A stretch of DNA of 29,814 nucleotides from a virus (taxonomy: Duplodnaviria > Caudoviricetes). The stretch covers positions 1-29,814 of IMG/VR virus record IMGVR_UViG_3300022217_000109; one strand, 5' to 3'. Shown in pieces: positions 17,800-25,824 of this stretch (position 1 is its first letter; each line of letters begins with the position of its first letter). Under the pieces are notes generated by a model. The model was not told where the DNA came from. It was given only the letters and a program-made list of their open reading frames with translations, and made no database searches. The translations under genes were made by a program, and so were the position numbers.

Positions 17800-19213
17800 T
17801 TATTCCTATCCTTGCAGGCTCTCCGCGTCCAACGGAAAGCCCTTTCATTATCCGCCCGAAGCTGCCCGCTGGAGCGGTTGATTCCGTTCTAAACGGGGAC
17901 GGTCTGGTCATAACGATATACCTCATGGCATCCATTGCATGGTCGTCCCCCTCTGTTTTCTCCTTGTCATTCTCCACCGCCCTGCCCTCGCGCCACCTGT
18001 AATACTTAAACTCTCTTATGAGTTCCTTGCAGGTATTAAACACGTATAGCTTGGGCCATTTCTTTTGTGCCTGTGCAATCGGCATGTTTCTGAGAGGGAA
18101 GGGAGCACACCCACTTGAGTTTGAAGCCAGGTACTCAGACACCCTCAATCTACCGGACATTATATCGTTATTGGCCTTATGCAGTGGAACACTCTCTCTT
18201 GCAAAATCCTCTATTAGCTGTGTTCCTGACGGGTCTGCGATTCCCTGTCTAATCCTATATCCTTTAGACATGCCACGTATCGCACTTGCGTGTTCGGGTG
18301 TAGACTTAACTCCGTCCCTGTTGTAGTATTCATCAAAGAAATACAGTTCTCCATTTGGGCCTATGGCACACATCAGGCATACAAACGGGTCACGCCCGCC
18401 GAAATCCACGCCCCTGATAACAGGCCAGTCCTTGGGGATGGCAAATGGCTCTATTATGTGTGTCTTCTCCTGGAATGTGGGGTATACGCGCCCGGCATGG
18501 AACACCCACTCGCCCAGATACTGCTCTCTGAATACGGGGTGGTCTTTTCCGTAGAACTTCTTGGCCCTGTTAAATTCCTCAATGGGATACGTTGGATTAG
18601 CCCTTACGTCCCAATGAAAGGAGTCTATGTCTGGATAGTCCGCCCTTTCTCCCAGCTCGAACAGCTCCCGAACCCAATCACCGCCCTGGTCTGGAGTGGT
18701 GGGGACAAGCTCACGCCCGCGAGTGGTGATAATCGTGGGCTGAACGTATCTCTCCCTGATCTCCCGCTTGAGCTGGGCTGATTCTGAATATATAACCAAA
18801 TCCACGGCATCGCCAAGGAGGGACGCGGGATTATCCGCTGATTTGGCTATCACCTCCGCCCCCCATGCGAATTTTATATACAAGTTGCCGCTTCTCACGT
18901 TGTTATTGCATACCTTGGGCTTTGGCAATCCAAGCTTTTTAGCATTAACCACCAGCTCCTCGTGTACGTACCTGAACTCCTTTTCCGCAAGAGTGTATGT
19001 AGGCCCGACTATCCATGTAATGGTATCGGGCATCAGTATGGTATCAAGGGCATCATGCGCGGCAGACCATGACTTGCTGCCACGTCTTGCGGCGGTAACC
19101 ACCTTGATCTGCGCCTCTGACTTGTGAAACCGCAGGACTTCCGGGTGGGTAGGCTCATACCCAATCTGCTTAAAAAGCTTCATTTTGGCCTCTACCGGAA
19201 GTCGTTTGTTCAT
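17792..19213 (-). CDS. terL: Terminase large subunit
   Basis: Walker A AARRGSKS, WIVGPTY, KSADNPASLLG, PTTP, FREQYLGEW; RNase H-like GVDFG and DDHAMDAMRY. Confidence 0.93.
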   Translation of the reverse strand: MNKRLPVEAKMKLFKQIGYEPTHPEVLRFHKSEAQIKVVTAARRGSKSWSAAHDALDTILMPDTITWIVGPTYTLAEKEFRYVHEELVVNAKKLGLPKPKVCNNNVRSGNLYIKFAWGAEVIAKSADNPASLLGDAVDLVIYSESAQLKREIRERYVQPTIITTRGRELVPTTPDQGGDWVRELFELGERADYPDIDSFHWDVRANPTYPIEEFNRAKKFYGKDHPVFREQYLGEWVFHAGRVYPTFQEKTHIIEPFAIPKDWPVIRGVDFGGRDPFVCLMCAIGPNGELYFFDEYYNRDGVKSTPEHASAIRGMSKGYRIRQGIADPSGTQLIEDFARESVPLHKANNDIMSGRLRVSEYLASNSSGCAPFPLRNMPIAQAQKKWPKLYVFNTCKELIREFKYYRWREGRAVENDKEKTEGDDHAMDAMRYIVMTRPSPFRTESTAPAGSFGRIMKGLSVGRGEPARIGING

Positions 19214-19365
19214 TTTGCCTCTACCGCATACAGCCTAACTCCGTGGTATTGAAAAAACTCCTCCACGCAGCACTCGCTATTCTCGTTTATAAACCCACAT
19301 ACTCCAATGGGTTCGTATGGGCACGGGTTTTCCGGCTCGAATCTGGTACAGAGCTTACCCGCCAT
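19210..19365 (-). CDS. 51-aa Cys-rich mini-protein (below ORF-track cutoff)
   Basis: MAGKLCTRFEPENPCPYEPIGVCGF...ECCVEE...VEAK*; ATGA overlap with terL and an upstream GGAGG. Confidence 0.5.
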   Translation of the reverse strand: MAGKLCTRFEPENPCPYEPIGVCGFINENSECCVEEFFQYHGVRLYAVEAK

Positions 19366-20278
19366 ATCCGATGTCCTCCTTAACCCATTTAAGCGTCTTC
19401 ACTATTCCCTCGTAAGGGGTTATCACTGGTTTGTATCCAAGCACATCTCTGGCTTTGGTGTTGTCAAAGAACTCCCTCTGTCCCTCTTCGCCCGGACGAT
19501 GTGGAACTTTCTGAATCTCAACCTTCTTCCCTGTTGCATCAAAGCACATCTCAAGTATTTCCGACACGGAGATTTCTTCGCCGTAGGAAACCTGGAATTT
19601 TTCGCCACGTATATCCTCCACGGGAGCATTGATAGTCAGCATCCATGCATCCAGAATATCATCTACATACGTCAAGTCCCTTGTCTGGTCGCCTCCCTCA
19701 AGCACCACGGGTCTGCCTAAAAGGATGTTTTTAAGCCACATATATATAAATATGTTCTTCCGCATTCCCGGCCCAAGGCATGCCCCATTAGACATCACAG
19801 TTACTGGCACGTCATAACACCTGTGCCACGCCCAGCATGCAAGCTCGGCAGCGGCCTTGCTAAACGCATATGGATTATGCGGTGTCAGTGGGTGCAGCTC
19901 GTCAATCGGCAGATACAGCGGCCTCCCCCATTCGTTTCCCGAACCTGCGTATATGAACTTCTCAACCCCCTTGGCCTTCCTTGTCGCCTCCAACACGTGG
20001 CTGATTCCCATCACATTCTGATCGACCGTCCACATCGGCGAAGTTATCCCCATCGGCACGTCCGCTTGAGCCTGTAAGTGTATTACCACCTCATGCCCCT
20101 CGATATCCTCCGGCTGGATGTCCTGCACACCCTTCCACAGATGCGATACCCCGTCCACCGTGTCCCTGTGATTTGGGGCGATTATGTCCAGACTCGTCAC
20201 ATCATGACCACCTGCCAGTAACTTCTTGACCAGCCCCGAACCCGCAAACCCCGCCGCGCCTGTAATCAGTACATTCAT
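19355..20278 (-). CDS. NAD-dependent nucleotide-sugar epimerase/dehydratase (extended SDR)
   Basis: MNVLITGAAGFAGS (GxxGxxG), VIHLQA, PYAFSK (YxxxK), GGDQTRDLTYVDD, RPGE, LGYKP. Confidence 0.93.
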   Translation of the reverse strand: MNVLITGAAGFAGSGLVKKLLAGGHDVTSLDIIAPNHRDTVDGVSHLWKGVQDIQPEDIEGHEVVIHLQAQADVPMGITSPMWTVDQNVMGISHVLEATRKAKGVEKFIYAGSGNEWGRPLYLPIDELHPLTPHNPYAFSKAAAELACWAWHRCYDVPVTVMSNGACLGPGMRKNIFIYMWLKNILLGRPVVLEGGDQTRDLTYVDDILDAWMLTINAPVEDIRGEKFQVSYGEEISVSEILEMCFDATGKKVEIQKVPHRPGEEGQREFFDNTKARDVLGYKPVITPYEGIVKTLKWVKEDIGYGG

Positions 20279-20279
20279 A

Positions 20280-20513
20280 TTATTCCGTATTCTCCTTTAT
20301 TTTGGCTTCGTTTTCCTCCGGCCTACCTCCAACGTCCTCCGCACTCTCCCCGGCATATACCTGACTGAAAAACACCCCGATACCCGGAAAGTGGAACTCC
20401 ATCACCTCCGCTATCTTGCAGCTGTCTCCCTCGTCCCGCATGTCCCGGAACTGACACGCCCGGCCTATTGCTCTCAACCCGTCCTGTCGACAATCTGGGT
20501 TACACTTCATCAT
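20280..20513 (-). CDS. Cys-containing hypothetical protein
   Basis: Coupled ORF, 77 aa, SD AGGAGG. Confidence 0.5.
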   Translation of the reverse strand: MMKCNPDCRQDGLRAIGRACQFRDMRDEGDSCKIAEVMEFHFPGIGVFFSQVYAGESAEDVGGRPEENEAKIKENTE

Positions 20514-20809
20514 ACCTCCTGAAATTTACGACAATATTTACAATCCAACCCCACGAGATTAAAAACACCCTTTGGAGCAATAGAAACCTCTGCCCATGAA
20601 TGTAAACCAATCCAGCACAGCGCCCGCCGCACTAATGAACCTCGATATGCCCTCTCCCCTATCTCGCTAGACAGGTATGTTTCATATTCAAGCTCTCCAT
20701 CACACTGTGGGCATCTCTCATGTAACCACAACTCACTAGAAAGATGAACGGTGTATTTATGCCCGCCCTTACAGGCAATGTCCATACAGTAATCAGGGCA
20801 GCTACTCAT
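20510..20809 (-). CDS. Cys-rich zinc-ribbon hypothetical protein
   Basis: CPQCDG, LCWIGLHSW...CKYC. Confidence 0.55.
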   Translation of the reverse strand: MSSCPDYCMDIACKGGHKYTVHLSSELWLHERCPQCDGELEYETYLSSEIGERAYRGSLVRRALCWIGLHSWAEVSIAPKGVFNLVGLDCKYCRKFQEV

Positions 20810-20939
20810 TGCTCACTTTTTCCATTTATTTTCAACCCTTTCGTCTGACTGTGTACTGTCACTGTTACGGGGGGTCTGTTTTTCTCCCCGATGTTCCAGA
20901 CTAAGCATGCTTTTTGACTGACAGTTTTTGTCACCCTTG

Positions 20940-20967
20940 ACCGCCGATAATATTGATTATGTTAAAC
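20940..20967 (+). other. dif: dif-like XerC/XerD recombination site
   Basis: ACCGCCGATAA-TATTGA-TTATGTTAAAC, 11-6-11 layout; right arm matches E. coli XerD arm TTATGTTAAAT at 10/11; intergenic. Confidence 0.8.
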
Positions 20968-20993
20968 TTCACAATCTCTGTAACCTCGTGATA

Positions 20994-21497
20994 TTACTGT
21001 ATTTCTTCCCATTCTGCTGGGATATCTGCGTTATCTTGCTGCTCATTTACTACATCTTGTGGTGTACTGGCTAGGTTGACTGTCAGGTTGTTGATGAACG
21101 TGGAGTAGTTAGCGTGATCGTCACCTTCTCGGTCATACGCTCCGCTTAGTATGCCTACTTCCTTCATGGCGCTGATTGCAGGGTTATAACTCTTTGATTT
21201 CTCAGCCTTTTCTGAGATTCTGCGCATATTCTGTATTATTTCCGCTCTGGAGAGCTTGGCAGATTCCTCAATTTCATCGTTCAGCCTTTTGAGTTCTGTC
21301 TGGACTTGAGTGGTTCTGAGTTGTTTATATGCCTCTGAGGCTGCTGAGGTTTCGCTGAGGTGCGGTTTAATCTCTAGTGCCGCGCGAGTACCGTTGTGCC
21401 CGTGTTTTATGTATGCTGCGGCGAATCTGGTGGCTTCTATGTCCTTCTTTGTGAGGGTGTGTTCTGTGGTGTCCTGTCGCTGTGCTGCGGTGCTCAC
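20994..21497 (-). CDS. terS: Terminase small subunit
   Basis: RFAAAYIKHGHNGTRAA...SAASEAYKQL..TQVQ HTH pattern; AISAMKEVGILSGAY; GTG start with SD AGGAG. Confidence 0.85.
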   Translation of the reverse strand: MSTAAQRQDTTEHTLTKKDIEATRFAAAYIKHGHNGTRAALEIKPHLSETSAASEAYKQLRTTQVQTELKRLNDEIEESAKLSRAEIIQNMRRISEKAEKSKSYNPAISAMKEVGILSGAYDREGDDHANYSTFINNLTVNLASTPQDVVNEQQDNADIPAEWEEIQ

Positions 21498-21845
21498 TGT
21501 GTTGGCTCCTGGGTGTGAGTTTGTTTACGGATGTGAGAATTGCATCACTCCGCGTTGCTACGTGATAAATGTATAAAAACTTTCTTCTCTCTTTAGTATA
21601 GGTAGATAGTCCAATTTTGAGTGTTGGTAAGTGGGATAAGTACGTGATTTATATAGCAGAAACCTGTTAGTAACTTAGTCAAGTGGATTTAAGTGTTTAT
21701 TAACGTGGGGTTACAGTATTCGTGTAGTTCGGGCAGCTCTGTGCTAGTGTTTCCGTGGGGTAATTCAGGCTCACGTGTTGGTTCATGAGGCGTGTGAAGG
21801 TAACGAGAGCGCATGTGGTGTAGCACTGGCAGTCATTGCATGTCT

Positions 21846-22220
21846 TCATGCCATTTCCTCCATAAACCGCTTTATCCAGTTATACACTCCCTGTTTACTG
21901 CGTGGGATATTGACCTTGGCAAGCTCTCCAGGGCCTATGTTGAAGAACAGGCAGGCGGCTACTATCTTCATTGGGCCGGGGTTCATGCTCTCTATCTGCC
22001 CTCTGGTTACTCTGTGGTCTTGTGCTTCGTTGAGTACGTCCTTGTAGTCTCGGCTGAAATTCTCATGCGGCTGGGTTAGCTGCTTCTCTTTAAGGGGCTT
22101 CTTGCCATTAACCTTGTGCTCCATTGCGCCACATAGGATTGATCCATTGCCCGTAAAGCGCCTATTCAGGGTAAGGCAGTGCGCTTTAATCGCTTGTGGG
22201 CATTTCTTGCATGGCTCCAT
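21846..22220 (-). CDS. Possible late transcription regulator (Cys-rich N-terminus, C-terminal HTH-like segment)
   Basis: CKKC..HC..C; GPGELAKVNIPRSKQGVYNWIKRF; last gene before the non-coding region upstream of terS. Confidence 0.45.
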   Translation of the reverse strand: MEPCKKCPQAIKAHCLTLNRRFTGNGSILCGAMEHKVNGKKPLKEKQLTQPHENFSRDYKDVLNEAQDHRVTRGQIESMNPGPMKIVAACLFFNIGPGELAKVNIPRSKQGVYNWIKRFMEEMA

Positions 22221-22419
22221 CGGTTTCCCCCGCCTTTAGTGCTTGGTTTATCGAGGCTTCGTCACCTAATGGCCCAAGAGCCACAAAGAACTCCCCTTTG
22301 TGCATTTCCAGTTGATGTGCAAGATGAATGTATTGTTCCGGGATTTCGATTTGATAGCGCATTTCACCCGATGGCCCGTCCCCTTGTCGCTTGATTAGCT
22401 GAATTGGGCATCGAATCAT
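22186..22419 (-). CDS. Hypothetical protein, possibly leaderless
   Basis: 77 aa ORF just downstream of a promoter-like sequence; no SD. Confidence 0.45.
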   Translation of the reverse strand: MIRCPIQLIKRQGDGPSGEMRYQIEIPEQYIHLAHQLEMHKGEFFVALGPLGDEASINQALKAGETDGAMQEMPTSD

Positions 22420-22424
22420 GCTAT

Positions 22425-22453
22425 ATAATGCCCGTTAAAGGCCAGATTGTCAA
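22425..22453 (-). promoter_or_regulatory. Sigma70-type promoter
   Basis: TTGACA-17 bp-CATTAT on the minus strand, inside a 42-bp intergenic gap. Confidence 0.55.
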
Positions 22454-22461
22454 ATATTGTC

Positions 22462-22689
22462 TCATATATACTCGTCTCCTCCGCCTCTGTTGTCTGCTCT
22501 TAGCTTGTCAAGCAGGGCGTATCCTTTGCGTTTCTGCTGCTCTTTTTGTATCTGCCTATGCCTCCACCTTGCTTTGTGGTTGAATTTGACCTTAAACGTG
22601 CGCCTCCAGCCACAGAATGCGCAGAAAAACACCACTTCGTTGCAATCTCCCCGCTCCTTGTCGGGCTTGTGTCCATTTGGGCACAGCAT
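22462..22689 (-). CDS. Zinc-finger hypothetical protein
   Basis: CPNGH...CAFCG; SD GGAGG. Confidence 0.55.
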   Translation of the reverse strand: MLCPNGHKPDKERGDCNEVVFFCAFCGWRRTFKVKFNHKARWRHRQIQKEQQKRKGYALLDKLRADNRGGGDEYI

Positions 22690-22712
22690 CAGTCTATGTC
22701 CTCCCTGCGGTT

Positions 22713-22976
22713 TTATTGCAAATCTTCCTTTATAATTCTGCTTACCTCAAGCGCAAAGTCTACCTTTCTCATGGGATAGTCTTCTGCATTATTTAAAACT
22801 CTATCAATACACTCAGGATGGTAATAGTAATACTGAAAACCTCCATAGACTGGAGCTTTGGCAACCTTGAAGCCTGAATCCTTTCCACAGACACCGCAAA
22901 TAGTTTTGTCGGGAGACTTTTCCCCCATTAAAAAAGTATCAAAGAAATTTGGAACCATATAATCCAATATACTCAT
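22713..22976 (-). CDS. Zinc-binding hypothetical protein
   Basis: CGVCG...YHPEC; SD AAGGAGG. Confidence 0.6.
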   Translation of the reverse strand: MSILDYMVPNFFDTFLMGEKSPDKTICGVCGKDSGFKVAKAPVYGGFQYYYYHPECIDRVLNNAEDYPMRKVDFALEVSRIIKEDLQ

Positions 22977-23025
22977 TTCATCTCCTCCTTAATTTGTTTT
23001 TAGGCTATTACCGCTGTAAGGGCTA

Positions 23026-23475
23026 TCATGGGGTGTCCTCTAGCAGCTCTGGATTCTCGTATATATTGCCTATGACTTCAACTCTTTCTGTGAAATCCCA
23101 AGGGGTTAAATATCTTCCACCCTTATGGTTGGTTTCTATTTCTCGTGGAGCAATGCAGCATTTGTCGGGATACCATTCAACAATGCCTTTAGTTGGGGAA
23201 CCGCTAACCATCCACTTATCGCTTGTTATGTCGACATATGAAACCACATCCCCCTCGTAAATCTCCACCCCGTTCTTGTCCTTCAGGCCAGTAAACATAT
23301 CTTTATATCTGTGCTCAATATATTCAGGATTCCAGCGCTCACCATCCCGACTATAGAGCCAACCCGGAGATGCTTGATAGCCATGCCACTCCGTGCTCCA
23401 TGAGCCTGGGTACCATTTCTCATAACCAACTATTTTCTTGTTATGGTCAAGTAATCTGAACTTTATCTCTCTCAT
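23026..23475 (-). CDS. yopX: YopX family protein
   Basis: MREIKFR, FTGLKDKNGVEIYEGDVV, EVIGNIYENPELL. Confidence 0.92.
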   Translation of the reverse strand: MREIKFRLLDHNKKIVGYEKWYPGSWSTEWHGYQASPGWLYSRDGERWNPEYIEHRYKDMFTGLKDKNGVEIYEGDVVSYVDITSDKWMVSGSPTKGIVEWYPDKCCIAPREIETNHKGGRYLTPWDFTERVEVIGNIYENPELLEDTP

Positions 23476-23663
23476 ATCGCGTACCTGTTCCCTCCCGGCC
23501 TCGGCCCGTATTCCATCCTATCAGGCGGTGGGGCTTGCATGGCCCTGTTGCCGTCATTTTTCAGTATTATCCCGCACTTATCACACATTGCCTCGCTGTA
23601 TGGCAGGTTCTTGAATGTTCCAGTGGTGCATTTGGGGCAGAATCCGCTTGTTATGTCATTCAT
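23472..23663 (-). CDS. Zinc-ribbon mini-protein
   Basis: CPKC...CDKCG; coupled to neighbours. Confidence 0.55.
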   Translation of the reverse strand: MNDITSGFCPKCTTGTFKNLPYSEAMCDKCGIILKNDGNRAMQAPPPDRMEYGPRPGGNRYAI

Positions 23664-23928
23664 GGCTACCTCCGTGTATTCTGCCGCATGGCTCGCAGTA
23701 GTCGGTCATGCCCTTGCCGTGCTCGCATTTGGGTTCGTCCTTCAATGCCTCCTGCACTCCGGGGATTGAGCCAATAGCTTTTAGCCCCTCGCTTACCTTG
23801 CGCTTCCTCGGCCCGCCCTTCTGGTTACGGTGGACATGGTGCGTCCCCGCTGCTACCTGTGCTATCTTGTCCAGCTCGGCCTTGCTCCCTGTGCATATCG
23901 CTATGCCGAATATACGGTATGTTTTCAT
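23656..23928 (-). CDS. Hypothetical protein with C-terminal CEHG...CEPC module
   Basis: SD GGAGG; overlaps the next gene. Confidence 0.55.
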   Translation of the reverse strand: MKTYRIFGIAICTGSKAELDKIAQVAAGTHHVHRNQKGGPRKRKVSEGLKAIGSIPGVQEALKDEPKCEHGKGMTDYCEPCGRIHGGSHE

Positions 23929-23932
23929 TGGG

Positions 23933-24205
23933 CTATACCTCCAGCCTGTTGTCTATATCCCATATCTTGTCATGGATATTGCCTATAGACCTGAGAAGCC
24001 CTTGCAAATTTTCACCTACCTGTGTTGCTGGCTCTGGCTCTTTTACATTCCCTTCCTGCGGAGAAGAAGCCGGATTCAATACAGGGTTAAGCCGTTCTCT
24101 CAGCCCCTCCACTTCCTTGTTGAGTTTTTCAAGTGCATGTCCCGCATCTCCGATTAAGCGCGGTATTTCAAGTTCCTTTAGTGTGCCTCCACTGATTTCT
24201 GCCAT
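23933..24205 (-). CDS. Coiled-coil hypothetical protein
   Basis: 90 aa helical, SD AAGGAGG. Confidence 0.6.
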   Translation of the reverse strand: MAEISGGTLKELEIPRLIGDAGHALEKLNKEVEGLRERLNPVLNPASSPQEGNVKEPEPATQVGENLQGLLRSIGNIHDKIWDIDNRLEV

Positions 24206-24206
24206 A

Positions 24207-24614
24207 TCATCCCTCCTTCTGTGTTATTACGCGTTCCAGTATCGTTATCACTACCCTCGGGTTATCCTTGTCATAGGCTATAGTAACCCCTCCCGTAACA
24301 TACTTGTCTTGCTTGTATATGGCATCCTCCACGCCCTTTCTTACGTTCGAGGGGTCGCCGTGCCGCCTGTCCTTGAAAACAGCATGAACGTGCAATATCG
24401 GCAAATCAAGGTGCGTTGGCTTACGTATAATCCCCTTTATATGCGGCTCTACCTGCCATTCAAGCCATTTTTTATAATCCTGGTATCGGGCTACCTGCGG
24501 GTCACGCCTGCTTCGGGCCTCCCTGTGCGTCTGCGTGGTATACGGCACGGCGTTGCCCCACTCGCTCATGCTGAGTTCAAAGTTAGCTACCTGCTCATAT
24601 CCCTTGGGGTACAT
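24207..24614 (-). CDS. rusA: RusA-like Holliday junction resolvase
   Basis: RYQDYKK, HGDPSNVRKGVEDAIYKQDKYV (variant of DxDNxxKxxxD), NPRVVITI; start at the TGATG overlap (24614). Confidence 0.7.
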   Translation of the reverse strand: MYPKGYEQVANFELSMSEWGNAVPYTTQTHREARSRRDPQVARYQDYKKWLEWQVEPHIKGIIRKPTHLDLPILHVHAVFKDRRHGDPSNVRKGVEDAIYKQDKYVTGGVTIAYDKDNPRVVITILERVITQKEG

Positions 24615-24751
24615 CACTCGGCTTCCTCTTTCAGTTCCATTCCCTTTCCTTTCTCCCACCAGCGCTTTTCTCCTGCGCATGGTCGGCAATAACTGCGTTT
24701 GTCATATAGCTGTCCACATTTTGGACACGGTATTACATCTCCACATGCCAT
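24614..24751 (-). CDS. 45-aa zinc-finger mini-protein
   Basis: MACGDVIPCPKCGQLYDKRSYCRPC...; coupled by TAATG and TGATG. Confidence 0.55.
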   Translation of the reverse strand: MACGDVIPCPKCGQLYDKRSYCRPCAGEKRWWEKGKGMELKEEAE

Positions 24752-24912
24752 TATGGTGTGTCCTCCTCAATGGCTTCTATATGAAAAGTCTTTGGGTTAT
24801 ATTCGCCTGTATATACCCTCCCACACTCAGGGCATGGCATCGTTGTTTCACCTTCGGCAATCCACCCCTCCTGTTTGCCACATTTGCATGTAAAAACTTG
24901 CGATATGCTCAT
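24751..24912 (-). CDS. 53-aa zinc-ribbon mini-protein
   Basis: MSISQVFTCKCGKQ...PCPECGRVY...EEDTP*; ATGA overlap. Confidence 0.6.
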   Translation of the reverse strand: MSISQVFTCKCGKQEGWIAEGETTMPCPECGRVYTGEYNPKTFHIEAIEEDTP

Positions 24913-25097
24913 CCCTCCTCCTCATCTTGACAAATCCTGTCCACACATATACTCACATTTTCACATGTCAACTTTGTAACCCCCTCACTGCTGCCCCAAG
25001 CTAGAGAGAAACCTTCAGAACGATTATAGACAACTACATCTACCAACGCCTCTGGGTTGAATGCTTTCAATGCTCCTATAAGTTCAATAACCTTCAT
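24909..25097 (-). CDS. Small phage protein (MKVxELIxxL family)
   Basis: MKVIELIGALKAFNPEALVDV, a common phage mini-gene pattern. Confidence 0.65.
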   Translation of the reverse strand: MKVIELIGALKAFNPEALVDVVVYNRSEGFSLAWGSSEGVTKLTCENVSICVDRICQDEEEG

Positions 25098-25101
25098 CCC
25101 T

Positions 25102-25281
25102 CTATCCCTCCTCCTTCTTGCGATAAGATGTTAAATGCCACTGCTTACACATAGGGCATTGATACGCCTCTTGTGGCATTTTATTTTTTCTCTTGCGAAT
25201 ACACCTATCCTGCTCACTTGCCAAAGCAAACATCGCCAACTCCTCTGTTGAATATTTTTTCTTATCTCTACATACAGGCAT
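25102..25281 (-). CDS. 59-aa zinc-finger protein (YxCxxCxxWHLT type)
   Basis: MPVCRDKKKYSTEELA...AYQCPMCKQWHLTSYRKKEEG*; TAATG-coupled. Confidence 0.7.
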   Translation of the reverse strand: MPVCRDKKKYSTEELAMFALASEQDRCIRKRKNKMPQEAYQCPMCKQWHLTSYRKKEEG

Positions 25282-25469
25282 TAGGACTTTCCACCATTAC
25301 AGAAATAATCAGGGTATATTTGAGTTAAACATGAATCGCACAACAAGACCATGTTTTCCTTTTCTGCCCTGTCGCCAAACATAAACTTAGCTTCTGCCTC
25401 CTGCTCATCGCTTGATATGGTATTCTCATATGTATTTTTACATATATAGCAAGTCTCTAGTTTCCCCAC
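25281..25469 (-). CDS. 62-aa zinc-finger protein
   Basis: GTG start after the repeat-borne SD; TCYICKNTY...LLCDSC. Confidence 0.6.
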   Translation of the reverse strand: MGKLETCYICKNTYENTISSDEQEAEAKFMFGDRAEKENMVLLCDSCLTQIYPDYFCNGGKS

Positions 25470-25470
25470 T

Positions 25471-25506
25471 CTATCCCTCCTCTCCCTCGTGGTCTTTGCG
25501 ATGTGT
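25471..25506. repeat. Gene-boundary repeat copy A (encodes HRKDHEGEEG* plus the next SD)
   Basis: ctatccctcctctccctcgtggtctttgcgatgtgt; 35/36 identical to 26096..26131. Confidence 0.9.
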
Positions 25507-25824
25507 TGTAATATGTCCGTTATCATCACAAAACCTGTTGAATAATCCCTCAAACTCTTTATCTCCTATGTACTTATTCATCGCCCGTATATGGCATTTC
25601 ATTTGACTAATTATAAAATCAGCCAAATCACTAACACCCGTTGGTTTTCTTAGGGGCATCATAGTTTTATGTCGGCACTTATCGCACGTAAAGATAAGAC
25701 TATCGTTTGCATCATATTGCATCATAATGCCTGTAATCCTATCCTGTAGCTCAGACTTAATCCCGTCCCAATCTCCCGTAAGCCTAAAATCATCGGTTAT
25801 CTCGGGCTTAAATTTATCGCTCAT
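25471..25824 (-). CDS. Hypothetical protein (CxxC), ends THRKDHEGEEG
   Basis: 117 aa ORF with SD GGAGAGG-type upstream sequence. Confidence 0.6.
   Translation of the reverse strand: MSDKFKPEITDDFRLTGDWDGIKSELQDRITGIMMQYDANDSLIFTCDKCRHKTMMPLRKPTGVSDLADFIISQMKCHIRAMNKYIGDKEFEGLFNRFCDDNGHITTHRKDHEGEEG

Noticed and set aside
21645-21685. Sigma70 promoter for terS (TTGACT...TGCTATATAAAT on the minus strand)
   Set aside because: Spacing between the elements is about 21 bp or more; cannot be supported without TSS data
21500-21845. tRNA or other ncRNA in the long non-coding region
   Set aside because: No cloverleaf or convincing stems found by eye
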